Assembly: GCF_006345805.1 (NCBI RefSeq)
Contig: NC_043009.1
Coordinates: 68,138,001 to 68,202,000, forward strand
DNA: 64,000 nucleotides
DNA from: Octopus sinensis
Taxonomy: Eukaryota
Direction: 5' to 3'
The notes beneath the pieces were generated by a model. The model did no database searches and was not told the DNA's origin. It saw nothing but the letters and a program-made list of their open reading frames with translations. Below, one piece after another: positions 13,150-27,529 of this stretch; position 1 is the stretch's first letter, and each line of letters starts with the position of its first letter. The position numbers and the translations under genes were made by a program.

Positions 13150-13867
13150 CATACATACATACATACACACATACATACACACACACATACATACATACAT
13201 ACATACATACATACATACATACATACATACATACATACATACATACATACATACATACATAGAGGCAACCTATCTGAAACTGCTCGATACACTTGCCTCA
13301 TGCAATAATTTATGGCAGTTTTCGCGATGGCAGTGAACTTCAAGTGATACATCGGAGATTTTTATTCTTGATAGTGAATAATGCTAGCGACTTTGGTAAA
13401 ATTCAGGAAAGTAGCCAGTTACTGGAACCAGACTGCTTGAAATGGCAAAATTATAGGAAACAAGATATTATATTACAATGCCATAAATGGCTTCCTCGTG
13501 CCCAATCAGCCAGTTCAAATACAGGACATAGATTTATGGCTTATACGAGTATTTCATTCGCATGAAAATATAGATGATTGCCTATATAATTATATAATAT
13601 GCATTATAAATTATATAAATATTTATATATACATAGAAATAAGTAAGAATATATCTATATCTATCTAGCGAGTTATCTCGGTTTCTTTCTTTCACTGCCT
13701 TCCTCTCGATCACTCTCTCTCTCACTCAGTATCTGTATACACACACATATATATATATGTATATATGCATATATATATATGTATATATATGTGTGTATAT
13801 ATATATGTATATATATATATATATTATATATATATTTATATATATATATATGTATTCTTTTATTATA

Positions 13868-13945
<78 letters not shown>

Positions 13946-14020
13946 GACATACAAGTTACGCAATTATAATTTGCTATATAATTCTATTGCATAAGAATAG
14001 TACTTATTAAATTATATATG

Positions 14021-14053
<33 letters not shown>

Positions 14054-14068
14054 TTGTGTGTGTACGTG

Positions 14069-14100
<32 letters not shown>

Positions 14101-14174
14101 CGCGCGTGTATATGTATACATACGTGTATACATATATAGAAACATACATTTATACGCACATACGTACATACGTA

Positions 14175-14744
14175 CATATAACATTATATTCTGGTGATAT
14201 GACCAACATCAAGAGACAATTAGAAGTAGTCACAACATTCTCAGGAGACATAGGAATAGAGTTTGGGCAAGATAAATACTCTTACATGATCGTCAACCAA
14301 GGATGAATGGTCGACGAGGCAGAGAACAATGGCTTACTACATGTACCTCGGTATCGATACGAGTGTTGCGTACACTGGTGCAGTGACTAAAGCCGGAATA
14401 GGAGAAGGGGACTTTTGTAGACTCCTGAAAATATGTAACTCAGAGCCCCGTGCATTTAGCTAGACAATGTTTCACAATGCTTTTGTAGTACCAGTGTTCG
14501 TACAAACATTCGAGATATTGCACTCGTTGCGAAACGCAGCCTGGACAACAAAACCAGTTCACACTGGCAACTTCCACATTAATAATGACACCAATAGAAT
14601 GAATCCATGAGTGGCTGTATGGTAAGTAGCTTGCTAAGCAACCACATGGTTCCGGGTTCGGTTCTACTGCGTGGCACCTTGGGCGAGTGTCTTCTAAGCC
14701 TCGGGCCGATTAAATTTGGTAGACAGAAAGTAAATGAAGCCCGT

Positions 14745-14781
<37 letters not shown>

Positions 14782-15260
14782 ATGTGTGTGTGCGTGTGTG
14801 TGTATGTGTTTGTCTGTCCGTTTTTGTCCCCCCCCACCATTGCTTGACAACCGACGCTGGTGTGTTTACGTCCCCGTAACTTAGCGGTTCGGCAAAAGAG
14901 ACCGATAGAATAAGTACTAGGCTTACAAGGAATAAATCCTGGGGTCGATTTTCTCGACTAAAGGCGGCGTTCCAGCATGGCCGCAGTCAACTAACTGAAA
15001 CAAGTAAAACAATAAAAGAATACTCGAACGTGAGAGCAAACAACCTCTTCATTTATGGCGAATGAAAGCGGAACTTACAGCTCTTGAACCCTGCATAGTT
15101 GCATTAGGTCATATACTGGCAAATTTGCGCAAAACCCTGGAAATACTCGGTTTCACGAAAAAAGAGCAATAGAAACTGACGTGGATTCCCCAAATCCAAT
15201 CTGTCAGTGGCACAGTGAAGATTTTTAAAACATTCCAAAAATTCGCATGTAAGATTCTTA
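14175..15260 (+). mobile_element. Decayed non-LTR retrotransposon (R4/Dong-like RT C-terminus and 3' end) interrupted by a SINE-B
   Basis: LYSGDMTNIKRQLEVVTTFSGDIGIEFGQDK...YLGID resembles the RT end. After the SINE, LGHILANLRKTLEILGFTKKEQ*KLTWIPQIQSVSGTVKIFKTFQKF resembles the element C-terminus. Confidence 0.6.
14605..15020 (+). mobile_element. SINE-B copy
   Basis: gagtggctgtatggtaagtagcttgc...ggcaccttgggcgagtg...(TA)(TG)...ggcaaaagagaccgatagaataagtac...ccagcatggccgcagtc. Confidence 0.85.
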
Positions 15261-15466
15261 CGTGAATAGATGCATACATACTTGGGTGTATGCTCTGACA
15301 GGTGAATCAATACACCAATTCAACCACATATTTACTAACACTGGGAAGTCCCTTAACTTAAAAGGTCTTGTCGCTTTGTCAGCGACCGACTTGAACTCTA
15401 TCAAGAACAAATCATATACAAATACATATATACATTGGCAAATCTATATGAACGTATTTGAATATT

Positions 15467-15679
15467 CTTTACTACTCTAGGCACAAGGCCCGAAATTCTG
15501 GGGCAGAGGGCCAGTCGATTAGATCGACCCCAGTACGCAACTGGTACTTAATTTATCGACCCCGAAAAGATGAAAGGCAAAGTTGACCTCGGCTGAATTT
15601 GAACTCAGAACGTAAAGACAGACGAAATTCCGCTAAGCACTTCGCCCGGCGTGCTAAAGATTCTGCCAGCCCGCCGCCT
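15467..15679 (-). mobile_element. SINE-A monomer with perfect 18-bp TSD
   Basis: TSD tgaacgtatttgaatatt at 15449-15466 and 15680-15697. Confidence 0.92.
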
Positions 15680-16099
15680 TGAACGTATTTGAATATTAAA
15701 CTGTGTGCGAGCGTGTTTTGTCGGTGTTCAGTATTTGTATGAAAAGAAACGAAAAAAAAGCTGTAGCATGGCAGTAGGAGAAACGTATATTCTGTAAGCA
15801 TCGTGGAATGGAAACAAATAAGCTCAGTCATTTCTACACGGCACATGGCTAACAGACAACCAAATATTAGACCTTATCTCCAAGGACGTTTCCCATCTCT
15901 GTTCTCACGAAACATCCCATCTCTCTCGATATGAACATGCATTACTGCACATACTCCCATACATGATCGCGCATGTTTTATTTGACACGACAAAATTTTC
16001 ATAACAGTGACATGAAATTCTATCGAATAATACCTTTAGCATTTATAAAAAGAAAAGTCAGAAAAAACACGTAAAGTTTTCTTAAGCCCATCACAACAG

Positions 16100-16600
16100 G
16101 TTCGAAGTATTTAACAATAGGGATAATTATTCTTAGAATTAGAAAACGGGATTCCTTCCTCTAATGGAGTTGCAGTGTAAAAGTTCTGGAACGGTTTCAG
16201 GAGGTCCATGATAAACAGAGCAGTACATTCATTCCGTTTGACCTCACCGGATTTCTTAAATTATTCTCTTAAAAATTTCCCCGAAACTCATAAATACATA
16301 AAATCTCCAGAAATTTTACCGTGTACAGCTATTTCTCATATAAAACCCTCATTCATTCCACCAGCAGTTTCAACGTTAAGCGACTATCAAGCACAATTAT
16401 CTCGCATCATACGCCCCTATATGCAAGTGTATCAATCGGTTAAATTGCTCTCTTGGTGGTGATTTTCTGGCAGAATTACATGTATATTGCGATAAGATGC
16501 AACTTAGTGATAACATTAGAACAAAATCTTAGCCTGCAACGAACAATTTGAAACGCGGGTTTCTCAGCAAATGCATTTCTTTCGTGACGCTGAAAAGATC
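16100..16600 (-). mobile_element. Decayed Tc1-like transposase remnant
   Basis: Minus-strand translation ..TAGGMNEGFI*EIAVHGKISGDFMYL*VSGKFLRE*FKKSGEVK resembles the Tc1 segment SASGVGELVFIDGIMDKFMYLNILKENLKKSA. Confidence 0.45.
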
Positions 16601-16624
16601 TTGGCTACTGCTTTCTTGAAATAT

Positions 16625-16731
16625 ATTTGGTATTTGAGTAACCTATGCCAGCATCGGTTGTGAAGCGATTTTGGGAGGGACAAACGCAAACACACAAACA
16701 TATACATGCATACATATATACATACATATAT

Positions 16732-16783
<52 letters not shown>

Positions 16784-16915
16784 ATATTATATATATATAT
16801 ATATTATATATATATATATACATAGGCGTTATAGTAGAAGACACTTTCCCAAGGTGTCACGCAGTGGGACCGAACTCGGAACCATGTGGTTGATAAGCAA
16901 GCCTCATTACAACTC
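16625..16915 (-). mobile_element. SINE-B, internally deleted
   Basis: agaagacactttcccaaggtgtcacgcagtgggaccgaactcggaaccatgtgg is the reverse complement of the family head. Confidence 0.7.
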
Positions 16916-16973
16916 ACCGCTTGGATATAATCGAAATTCTCTTCCTCCCTTTTCTTACAATATATATACATAT

Positions 16974-17250
16974 GGAGGCGCAATGGCCCAGTGGTTACGG
17001 CAGTGGACTCGAGGTCGTAGGATCGCGGTTTCGATTCCCAGACCGGGCGTATTGACCGAAAATACCTAAAAGCTCCACGAGCCTCCGGCAGCGGCAGAGT
17101 GGGTGGCGATCCTTGCTCTATTCTTTCGTCACAACTTTCTCTCACTCTTTCTTCTGTTGACCTGCTCGCTAAAACAATGCGAAGCGCATTGTGACCAGCG
17201 TTGTGTAGCAACGTCTGATAGCCTGGTCGGTCACGCTGATCACGGTGATA
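16974..17250 (+). mobile_element. SINE-C (tRNA-derived head ggaggcgcaatggcccagtggtta...)
   Basis: Same family as 36983-37285 and 53418-53799. Confidence 0.8.
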
Positions 17251-17254
17251 TATA

Positions 17255-17415
17255 TATATACGACGGGCTTCCTTCAGTTTCCGTCTACACAATCCATTCA
17301 CAAGGCTTTGGTATACAGAAGACAATTACCTAAAGTTCCACGTAGTGGAACTGAACTCGGAACCATATGGTTGGAAAGCAAACTTCTTACCACACAGCCA
17401 GCCATACCTGCACCT
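17255..17415 (-). mobile_element. SINE-B 5' half
   Basis: cgacgggcttccttcagtttccgtctac...aacttcttaccacacagcca. Confidence 0.7.
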
Positions 17416-18689
17416 GTCTACATCGAATCACCTCAGTCGATTGCGGTTACCTGAACGGTTGCTTATTTTGTCCCAAAATAATAATGATTTCATCATTACT
17501 AACCTTTTACATACACTTCTAACCAATACCATTTAGCCCATCAATAACTTTATTATAGTTAATTTATACTGGGTCATTTTTATTATATTCATCTCTCTCG
17601 TTCGAAGATCGGAAGCAGGATATCGAGTATAAAAGTTTGTGAAGTTTTGAGTTTCCAATAAATACGATAAAAATAAGTTTACTTTCTGTGTTGAGCACCT
17701 TCATTTCTGCCTTTGTGCACACTATTTGTATTCATATGTATTCTCCGCCTCTCATACAAACACACGTCTGTATCTGGGGTTTTAAGCAATGTTTACATAC
17801 ATGTGTGTGTGTGTGTGTGTGTTTCTATTGCGCTTTTGCTCACGGCGTGAAATTTAGTTTCAAAAGTTCCATATAGTTTCACAAGCAGAATAAATTAAGA
17901 TTGTACAAATATGTTGTACATTTATGAGGCTGTATGCAATTTATTTCAGACCTAAATAGAATTTTAGTGAATAAAATTGAAAAGACCTATTATATAGGTG
18001 GACGTAGATGTACAAGCGATTCGCAATGAAAACAGCTAATCTATGAATACATACATATATAGATATATATATATTACCTATCAATTTATATGTATATATA
18101 CATGTATTTATATGTATGTATATATGCGTGTGTGTGTGCATCTGTTAATATGTGAATAAGTATATTGTGTGAAGTAGACAAACATGAACATAGGCATGTA
18201 TATTAACACGCATGAACAAACACACAGACACACAGACACACACAGACACACCTGAATGTTTCCTACGCCTTGTGTACATGCGTTAGTATAGTTATATTGA
18301 GACTTTTACTAACTAAGTCACATTCAATTTACTAATATGATTCAGACCAACCGGTCAATAGTAGAAAGAGTAAACAGCAGACAGAATATTCTGATGGTTT
18401 TGTTGTTGTTTATCCTTATCGAGCAGAACTACGATCAATTTTTTTTTTCCAGTCATAAAAGCGTCTTTTTTTTGGGGGGGGGGTACAGCTAGCCGTCACT
18501 TGCGAGCGAGTAAGGTTTAGTAACTGAGTCAAAGAAATCGACCCCAATACTGTTTTTGTTTTTTTGTTTGTTTTAAGTGTGGTATTTATTCTATCCATCT
18601 CATTTACCGAAATGTTAAGTACAAGCAGAAAGACACGCGTGCATACACATACACAAACACGCGAGCGCGCATACATACATACATGCACC

Positions 18690-18742
<53 letters not shown>

Positions 18743-19228
18743 GTATGTGTGCATCAACTGTAAACAAATTCTAAAGCGAGCTGACGAAGCTCAAGACCAA
18801 TTTCCTAATTCAGCAAGTATACTCGATTGAATCGAGCTGAATGATTTATCATTTCAACAATGATAAATTATAGATCGTAATTTTGATTCCATAATGTAAC
18901 TATTCCAACGTGAAAGTCAGCTTCCGATGCTGCCTAATGTCAAATTACGCATGACCATTACAAACGCCATGTCAGAGTTTTATCGTTGTTAAGTTTGTCA
19001 AAAGAGCGTAAAATATCTTTTAAAGAAACCTGTAGATGCCAACTTTGTGTATAGACTCAAGTAAGCGCTTTGTCTTTATACCTGTCCACGCAAACAATAC
19101 ACCTACATCTGTCTAGACATACGCCGTTCGGAAAAAAATAATCTCCCTCCTCCCTCTCTCTGTATATATCATTATCATTATTACTATTATTGTTGTTGTT
19201 GTTGCTGTTGTTGTTGATGTTGCTGTTG

Positions 19229-20510
19229 CCTTTACACAGCTTCTAACGCTGGAGATATACTACGGTGTCAGCTGTTCCCTACCAGTGAACTAAGGTAACA
19301 CCCCTTATTTTTCGAGCACCTTCCGGAGTATTCGAGCTGTTCCAAGCAGTGCTGTTTTCTGCAAGTGCTTCACCCTTATTGCGGCTCCTATTTTTCTCAC
19401 GTACTTCTCCAGATTACTATTCACTGTTCCCAGGGCTCCGACAATTATTGGTACTACTACCACGTTTTTCATCGATCACAACTGCTTAACTTCCTGAGCT
19501 AACCTGTCATATCTCTCGACATTTCTTTCTTCCTTATCGCATACCTTGTTGTCACCTGGGCATGCTCTATCTATGATCCAGCAGAGTTTGTTTTCTTTCT
19601 CAATTAAGACTATGTCTGAGTTCCTATTCTCAAATTCATGGTCGCACTGAATCATAAAATCCCATAGGATATTTGCATTTCCGTTTTCGATGATGCCTTC
19701 AGGTTTGTGGTCGTACTAGTTCTTTGCTTTGTCAAGTCCATACTTATTGTAAAGTGTCCAATGGACTAGCCTGGCTATATTGTCATGGCATCTCTTATAT
19801 TTCTTCTGGGCTTGTGGCGTACATTGGCTGGTAATACGCCATAGGGTTTCACCGTTTTGTCCACATATTCTGCACTTATCACTTTCTGATGTGTTGTCTA
19901 TTCTCTATTTGATGTAATTGGTTCTTAATGCTTGCTCTTGAGCAGCACAGATTAGAGCCTCCGTTTCCGGTTTTAAATCACTTTTAGTCATCCACAGCCA
20001 TCTTTTTTCTCTGTCTGTCTTATCTTCAACATCCCTATAAAATTGACCATGCATTCTTTTCTTTACCCACCTATATTCAGTTTCATTCGTTTTCAATTTC
20101 TTGTATTGTGCTTTATCTTTGCAATCTTTCATCCTACACAAGGCTGACCTTCCTACTTCTAATAATAGCGGTTCTGTGGCATTTTTACATAGCATGCTGT
20201 GATGTTTTCTTCTGCTCTAATGCTGTGTTCGCATCCAATAAGTCCTCTTCCCCCTTTTTTTCTTGGTACATACAGCCTGTCTGTGTCACTTTTTGAGTGG
20301 AGTGACCTATATCCAGTGAGCAACTTCCTTGTCTTTCTGTCTAAGCTGTTTAGTTCGTTTACTGTCCATGCGATTACCCCTGCTCCGTATTTAACGAGTG
20401 AAACTGTCCAGGTATTGATAGCTTCGATCTTATTCCGTCCATTCAGTTTTGACTTAAGGATCAATCACAGTCTGCGCAAGTACTCCACCTTAAATTTTTC
20501 TGTCATTATG
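19229..20510 (-). mobile_element. R4/Dong-clade non-LTR retrotransposon 3' part (RT thumb, zinc knuckle, restriction-like endonuclease), with stops
   Basis: Translation: ILKSKLNGRNKIEAINTW...LYVPRKKGGRGL...ETEALICAAQEQALRTNY...CRICGQNGETLWRITSQC...CHDNIA...ILWDFMIQCD...SDIVL...IIDRACPGD...PIIVGALG...LQKTALLGTARILRKVLEK*. A short 3' UTR and (AAC)/(AAT)n tail follow. Confidence 0.88.
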
Positions 20511-20654
20511 ATGGCACAGGAATCTGAGACCCAACTACCACCCTTACCAATACCCCGACCTAGTTAATGTTGCTATTGCTGCAACCACTGCTACTACTAC
20601 ATATAAAAACAATAATACCAGTGATATCAGTGATGATGATAATAATAATAATAC

Positions 20655-21340
20655 CAGGAAACGGGTGGAGTCTCCTTATGGGCTAATAATGATACATCTA
20701 GTGATGGTGTCACAATAAAAGCACTGGTAATTGCGCAACCTGATAATCGCTACCTCGTATGAGTGACAGTGATAAAACAAAATATTGCGAATAACGGTGG
20801 TAATGAAACTGAAGCCAATGATGGTGACAGTGTTACACTCCAGCCTGTCGATATCCAGAAAGGGACCATCATACACGGCGTAGATGGAGCAAACAAATTA
20901 ATGCTGTGGTCATGGAGTGTTACTATCTGAGCAACCCGGTAGATGAAAATGGTGCTCAAATTAGGGTTTACCGACAACGTATGTATGAACATTGCAGAGA
21001 AATGGGATTGTTTCAACTCACGGAACAGAGACTATGGGATAAAGTTAGAGCAATAAGGAAAAATTGTTGGTTCACAGAAGTAGAGCTCGAAGCTATCAAA
21101 AGACGGGTCATGGAAAATAGCAGCAGAGATAAGAATGAAAATGCAGTTCTTACTAATTAAGAGTAATCTCATAGCACAAGAAATGAACAGTGGTAGCTTA
21201 CTTGATGAGAGACATGAAGTAGTAGAGAAGGAACTGAAACAGAGCCTCGTTGCAAAGAAAGCAAAGATGGTAAGATACGACCAAAGAATGAAGGGTTACC
21301 ACCAGAATAGGTTATTCAGAATAGATCAGAAGGGATTCTA
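20655..21340 (+). mobile_element. N-terminal part of the same type of R4/Dong-like ORF, opposite orientation
   Basis: YRQRMYEHCREMGLFQLTEQRLWDKVRAIRKNCWFTEVELEAIKRR and VRYDQRMKGYHQNRLFRIDQKGFY are typical pre-RT segments of this group (recalled, not searched). Confidence 0.7.
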
Positions 21341-21364
21341 TTATTATTATTATTATTATTATTA

Positions 21365-21405
<41 letters not shown>

Positions 21406-22579
21406 GTTGTTGTTGTTGCTGTTGTTGTTGTTGTTATTATTATTAAATCTCATTGGGAAATTAGTAGAATTAGTTCTCCTACCTACAGATTCCATCTACC
21501 TCAGAATTTACTCTCACTCACAGGACCATTCAAACATGTGTGTCTATGTGTGTATGTACTCACACACACACTCACACATGCGCACACACACACACACACA
21601 CACATACACACACACACATACACACACATACATTCATACACGCACACACAAACACACTGTAGTAGAGTATAGTTTCGAAATAAAATTCTCTTTACGCTCT
21701 AGTAATTTATTCATCTTCGTGGCTGCCAAAACTGTGTTATATATGCAAATTGGTCGATCCGGTTTAATTTAGCGCTTAATAATAGTTCGTGCATGAGCCG
21801 GATCACCGTAGACAATCAAAGCGTGGCTAATGAAATCGCAATATAAGTTCGAAATTAGTGAGGCTTATTGCTCTGTATCTTTTGACAAATGCAATGAGTG
21901 AGAAAACAAGATATTTACTTGTGTTTTTCATGTATACTGTAGATGAAAAGTCTAGGTATATATTAAGTCCAATAGTACAGAATAAAAATGTTAAAGCCTT
22001 AGATATATATTTTAAAATATTTATCATATATTATAGCGTATAAATACTTAAAAGTATGCCACTCGCAATTTCTACTTTGTCATTCCTAGTTAAACGTTGA
22101 ACGAGTTTCTTCAGGAAAAGAAGCCTGCCCTAGAAATATTATTGAGGACGTCACATTACTCCCATTTTCTTAGTGATCCTAGTTGCTAATGCAGTTTCGG
22201 AACATACATTTAATGGAAGAGTATTTCACCGAAGAAAATGATTTCTCTGATATATGTTCTTCCTCTGTATCCAGTCGTAGTCATTCTGACTCCATTTTTC
22301 TTATCACTTTTCCGTGGAGAGGACAAATGTTTATTTTGTCAAAAGTAATTTGGATCTTGAAATTGTCTGATATGAATAAAGCCTCTTGAGAATATAAGCT
22401 ATTGCATTCGCGATATAATATTTGCATATCATTCATTCAAGAATTTAAAATTGGATGCATGCTTGTTCATGTATAGATGAAAGATCTTCAAATTGTAAAT
22501 GAGCGTTGAAATTAATGTATACATGGTTGCATGTATACATGGTTGCATGTATACATGGTTGCATGTGTACATGTATACA

Positions 22580-22928
22580 ACAGGCTTCTTTCAGCCTGCA
22601 TCTACCAGTCAGTCACAGGGCTTTGGTGGCCCGACTGTATAGCATAGGACACTTGTCCCAGTTGCTATGCAGTGGGACTGCACTTAAACTGTGTGGTTGC
22701 CGAACAAACTTTTTACCACACTGCCACGCTTGCACCTACATACACACACACGCACATGCACACTTATAATGCACAATTGACAGGTGTGTGTGATAAGCAG
22801 CTTGCTTGTCAACAACATGGTTCCAGGTTCAGTCCAACTGCATGGCACACTTGGGCAAGTGTCTTCTACTATAGCCTCGGCTCGACCAAGCGGAAACTGA
22901 AAGAAACTCGTCGTATATATATATGTAT

Positions 22929-22971
<43 letters not shown>

Positions 22972-22985
22972 ATATACACATATAT

Positions 22986-23047
<62 letters not shown>

Positions 23048-23300
23048 AAAAATATGTATATATATATTTATGTGTGTATGTATGTGTGTGTATATGTTTG
23101 TGTGTCTGTGTTTGTTCCCTGAACATCTCTTGACAACTGATGCTGGTGTATTTACGTCCCTGTAACCTAACGGTTCGGCAAAACAGACCGATAGAATAAG
23201 TACTAGGCTCACAAAGAATAAGTCCCGGGGGCGATTTGCTCGACTAAACGTTCTCCAGCATGGCCGCAATCGAATGACTGAAACGAGTAAGTAAAGAACA
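22580..23300. mobile_element. Head-to-head pair of SINE-B copies (minus 22580-22737, plus ~22770-23300)
   Basis: Both match the SINE-B head; they are about 30 bp apart. Confidence 0.7.
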
Positions 23301-23744
23301 TACACACATACACACACATAAATACATACACTTATGCGTGTTCATAATTTACTGCGGAAAGGCTGTAAATAAAGCCATTCTTTCTCCTAGTCACGAGAAT
23401 TTATCATCGAATATTCTTTATTGTCGGAGGAGAGTGAAATGATTCTGTTGGTAACCAAGTAACGCTGTTTGAGAGTCAACAAGAGTCAAGTAGCACTTCT
23501 TTCCTTGCTCTTTGTCTCTCTGCAATCTTAAATGTATTTCGCTGCAAAAGTCTGGTGCTGTCGCGTAAGACCAATAATACGACAATTACGTATTGTGCTG
23601 TTTCTTTTTGTTCCTTTAATTGCGCACACATACACGCATTTAATATATATATATAATATATATATATACTATATATATATATTATATATATATATATATT
23701 TATATGTATGTATGTATGTATGTATGTACATATATATATATATA

Positions 23745-23789
<45 letters not shown>

Positions 23790-23876
23790 GTATGTATATA
23801 TGTATATGTGTGTGTGTGCATGTATCTGCATATATAGATACATACATGCATACATATATATATACGTATATATACA

Positions 23877-23924
<48 letters not shown>

Positions 23925-24098
23925 TGTATATGTGTATGTGTGTGTGTGTGTGTGCATATATAAATACATACATATATGTATGTATGTATGCGTTTGGTTG
24001 TAAAAAGCCATATATATGTGTGTATGCATAAATATATATATACATGTGTGTATATATATATATATACACATGTATATATATATCTATATATCTAACTA

Positions 24099-24129
<31 letters not shown>

Positions 24130-24143
24130 TCTATCTATATATA

Positions 24144-24225
<82 letters not shown>

Positions 24226-24879
24226 ATATGCATGCATGTGTGTATGTTTGTATATATAAATAGCCTACACTATTTCATCATATTGCAACCACCAGCCACC
24301 AACAAATGAGACCAGACTAAAGTAGATACACAACGCAAAATTATATAAAAAAAATAATAAAACAGCAAAATAATGTAGCAAAGTGAAAAATAAAAAGAAA
24401 GCATGTGAAAAAAAAAAGCAACTTAAATATACATAGATATAAAATGTTTATATTGTTAATGTCACCTTGGAATACAATGGATGATGGTAAATACCAGAAA
24501 GAATCCAAAGTATATAGTGATATTTTATATGTTCGATATAGATCGTTCTATATTTATTGATTCAAACATAAATATATATAGTTGATACAAGACTAGAAAT
24601 GTGGTTTATTGCTGGTTTATTGTTGAATTATGAAGTTCGATATGGAAGGTATATAACGATTTGGTTTAAGATCGCGCATTGCTCGAATTGGCTACGTTTG
24701 GCTCTTATAAATATAGCATAGCGTATAAAAAAAACATTGCTAATGGTTTGTGTGCGTTAAGACCAATGACTTTGTATCATATCAAGCTTGTGAAGTCACT
24801 AGCGTTGGTTTCAATTTCAGCCATCTAATGGAATGTCCCAAGTGGCACTACTTGTGATATATTGGGGGCATCACAAAGG

Positions 24880-25095
24880 GACCGAGCAGGTAGCATTGTT
24901 AGCACCTTAGGGAAAATGATCACCGGCATTTCGTTAGTTCTTAGGTCTGGAGTTCAAAATCTGCCAAGGTCGACTTTGCCTTTCATTTTCCGGGGAAGAT
25001 AATATAAGGACCCGATGAGCCTTGGGGTCAATGCATTCGACTAGTCCCTTCCCACCAACTTTCTGGCCTGTGCTAGAGTTTAGAATCAATATATT
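24880..25095 (+). mobile_element. Diverged SINE-A
   Basis: ggagttcaaaatctgccaaggtcgactttgcctttcat core. Confidence 0.65.
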
Positions 25096-25189
25096 GAGGT
25101 CACTACTTTCTTCTGATGATCCTTCTAAGTCCTTGTGTATTGTAAAATGGATTTCAGCTTTGGTTCTTTGTATTCTTGCAATCTTTTAC

Positions 25190-25563
25190 GTGCTCCATTC
25201 ATTGGAATGCGCCCACGCTGCAGCAATGCCTTGATGTATTTAGTCGGAGAAAAGGGAAAAGAAAGAAAGTAAAAAAGTCAATCCCAGAATTTAATTTTTT
25301 AAGTCTGGTAGTTGCTCTATCGGTTTTATTTGCTGGATCACTCTGTTTTGGGGACATAAACAAGCCAGCACCGGTTGTGTAGCGGTGGTGGTGTCGAAAA
25401 TAGGAAGATAAACACACAGTCACATACACACACGCATATATATATATATATATATGCACACCACACACATACACACACATACACACACGCACACATATAC
25501 ACAGACACACACACATATACATATATATATACATAAATGTATATTTACACACACACACACACA

Positions 25564-25602
<39 letters not shown>

Positions 25603-25725
25603 GCACATACCGCACCGGTTCTGTAAACTAAATTCCTCACAAAGCATTGGTCGGTCGGGAGCTATATAAGAAGACATTTGCCCAATATTCCGCGCAGTGG
25701 GGCTGAACCCGAATGCACACGCTTA
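25190..25725 (-). mobile_element. Diverged SINE-B
   Basis: aaagcattggtcggtcgggagctatataagaagacatttgcccaa...gcgcagtggggctgaacccg. Confidence 0.65.
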
Positions 25726-26308
25726 GACACATATCCATTCAGCAATTAAGCAGGGATCGATAGCAGTTCAAAGTGTTTTGATGAGAATAAGGGAAAGAAT
25801 AACCATAAAGACACTGCAAAAGGTTTTACGATGAATGATGTTAAAAAGTAGAAATCACAAAGATGAAGGGTTACTGTTGATCGCCTTTAGCCCCAACCTA
25901 AGATTAAAGAAAGAACCTAAGATTAAAAGTACTTCTGCTTCAAGTCACCAGTTTTCATATTCGAAGGGTTGCTGAAAAGTTCCTTGTATTGGATAAAAGA
26001 AAATACAGGTGGGTCAGTTGATTATGGTTTCATGCAACATATTCCCCTCTCAGATTCCCGCACTTATTGCAGCGGGCCTTCAGTTTTATTTTTCTAAGCC
26101 CTGTAAAAGAACGCGGAAGGTTGGGCCTCCAACCAGGCCTTTCGCTATACCCTTAATGCCAGCAACTTTTCAGCACACCCTGGTATATGTAACGAGGAGT
26201 ACATTAGGAAATTGTGTCCTACATCTTATTTGGTTATAGGTCGTGATCTCAGTTTGTCTGCCATTTCTGATGATGATGATGATGATGATGATGATATTGG
26301 TGGTGATA

Positions 26309-26350
<42 letters not shown>

Positions 26351-26886
26351 GTGGTGATAATAATGATGATAATGATGATTATTATGATGATGATGGTGTT
26401 GATAATAATGATGATGATGATAATAATGATTATGATGATGATACATATATATGTTTATACGATGATGATGATGATTATTATTAATTTGCAATTAATGACT
26501 GTATCCCGTAATGACGATGATGTAGGCGATTATTATCGTAATGATAAAAGAATGATGAAACGATGAGAGGCGATTGCGCAGATGTTGCGAAAGATAAGAG
26601 AAACCAACCATGATAAAGATTAAGATTTTGATTGTTATGGTCTCCAGAGTATCTACTGTGTTACTATGGTGACGGTATTAATAATCTAATGAATCGGTCA
26701 CGTGACATAATCTGAAATGTGTTGTTTCAGTGCCATGCAGGTGTCATGTTGCAAGCACCGTCTCTAATTTATAATGCAGGAAGCGTGTAACAAGGCAATA
26801 CAAACACGTACACACACATACATAGATATATAGATATATTCATATATATATATATATATATATGTACATATACATACATATTTATG

Positions 26887-26931
<45 letters not shown>

Positions 26932-27083
26932 ATATATATATATATACATAAATATGTATATATATGTTATATATGTACATATCTATGCACATATGTAGAT
27001 ACATATATATGCATATATATATAATACAGACAGCGTGTAACGAAGAAATAAAAACACACGTACGCACACGCACACACGTACAC

Positions 27084-27138
<55 letters not shown>

Positions 27139-27369
27139 TATATATATATATATATAATATATATACACATACACACACACACACATACAAATATATATAT
27201 ATATATATTATATATATATAATATATATAATATATATATATATATATTTAGCAATTAAGGACAACTACTTAATAAGGAAAACTTAACAAGAAATTGTCAG
27301 GTAGATAGCGTAAAACCTCATAAGAGAAAAAATTTCGAAAATAATTATTTCTTATTGAACATATTAATT

Positions 27370-27529
27370 TATATATAGAGGGCATTATACATACATGCCA
27401 AACGCTAAGAGGGACAATTAGTCATTTCTACCAAAAACTTTGGTAGAAGTTTTTGGTAGAAATGACTAATTGTCCCTCTTAGCGTTTGGCATGTATGTAT
27501 AATGCCTTCTGGCATGTATGTATAATGCC

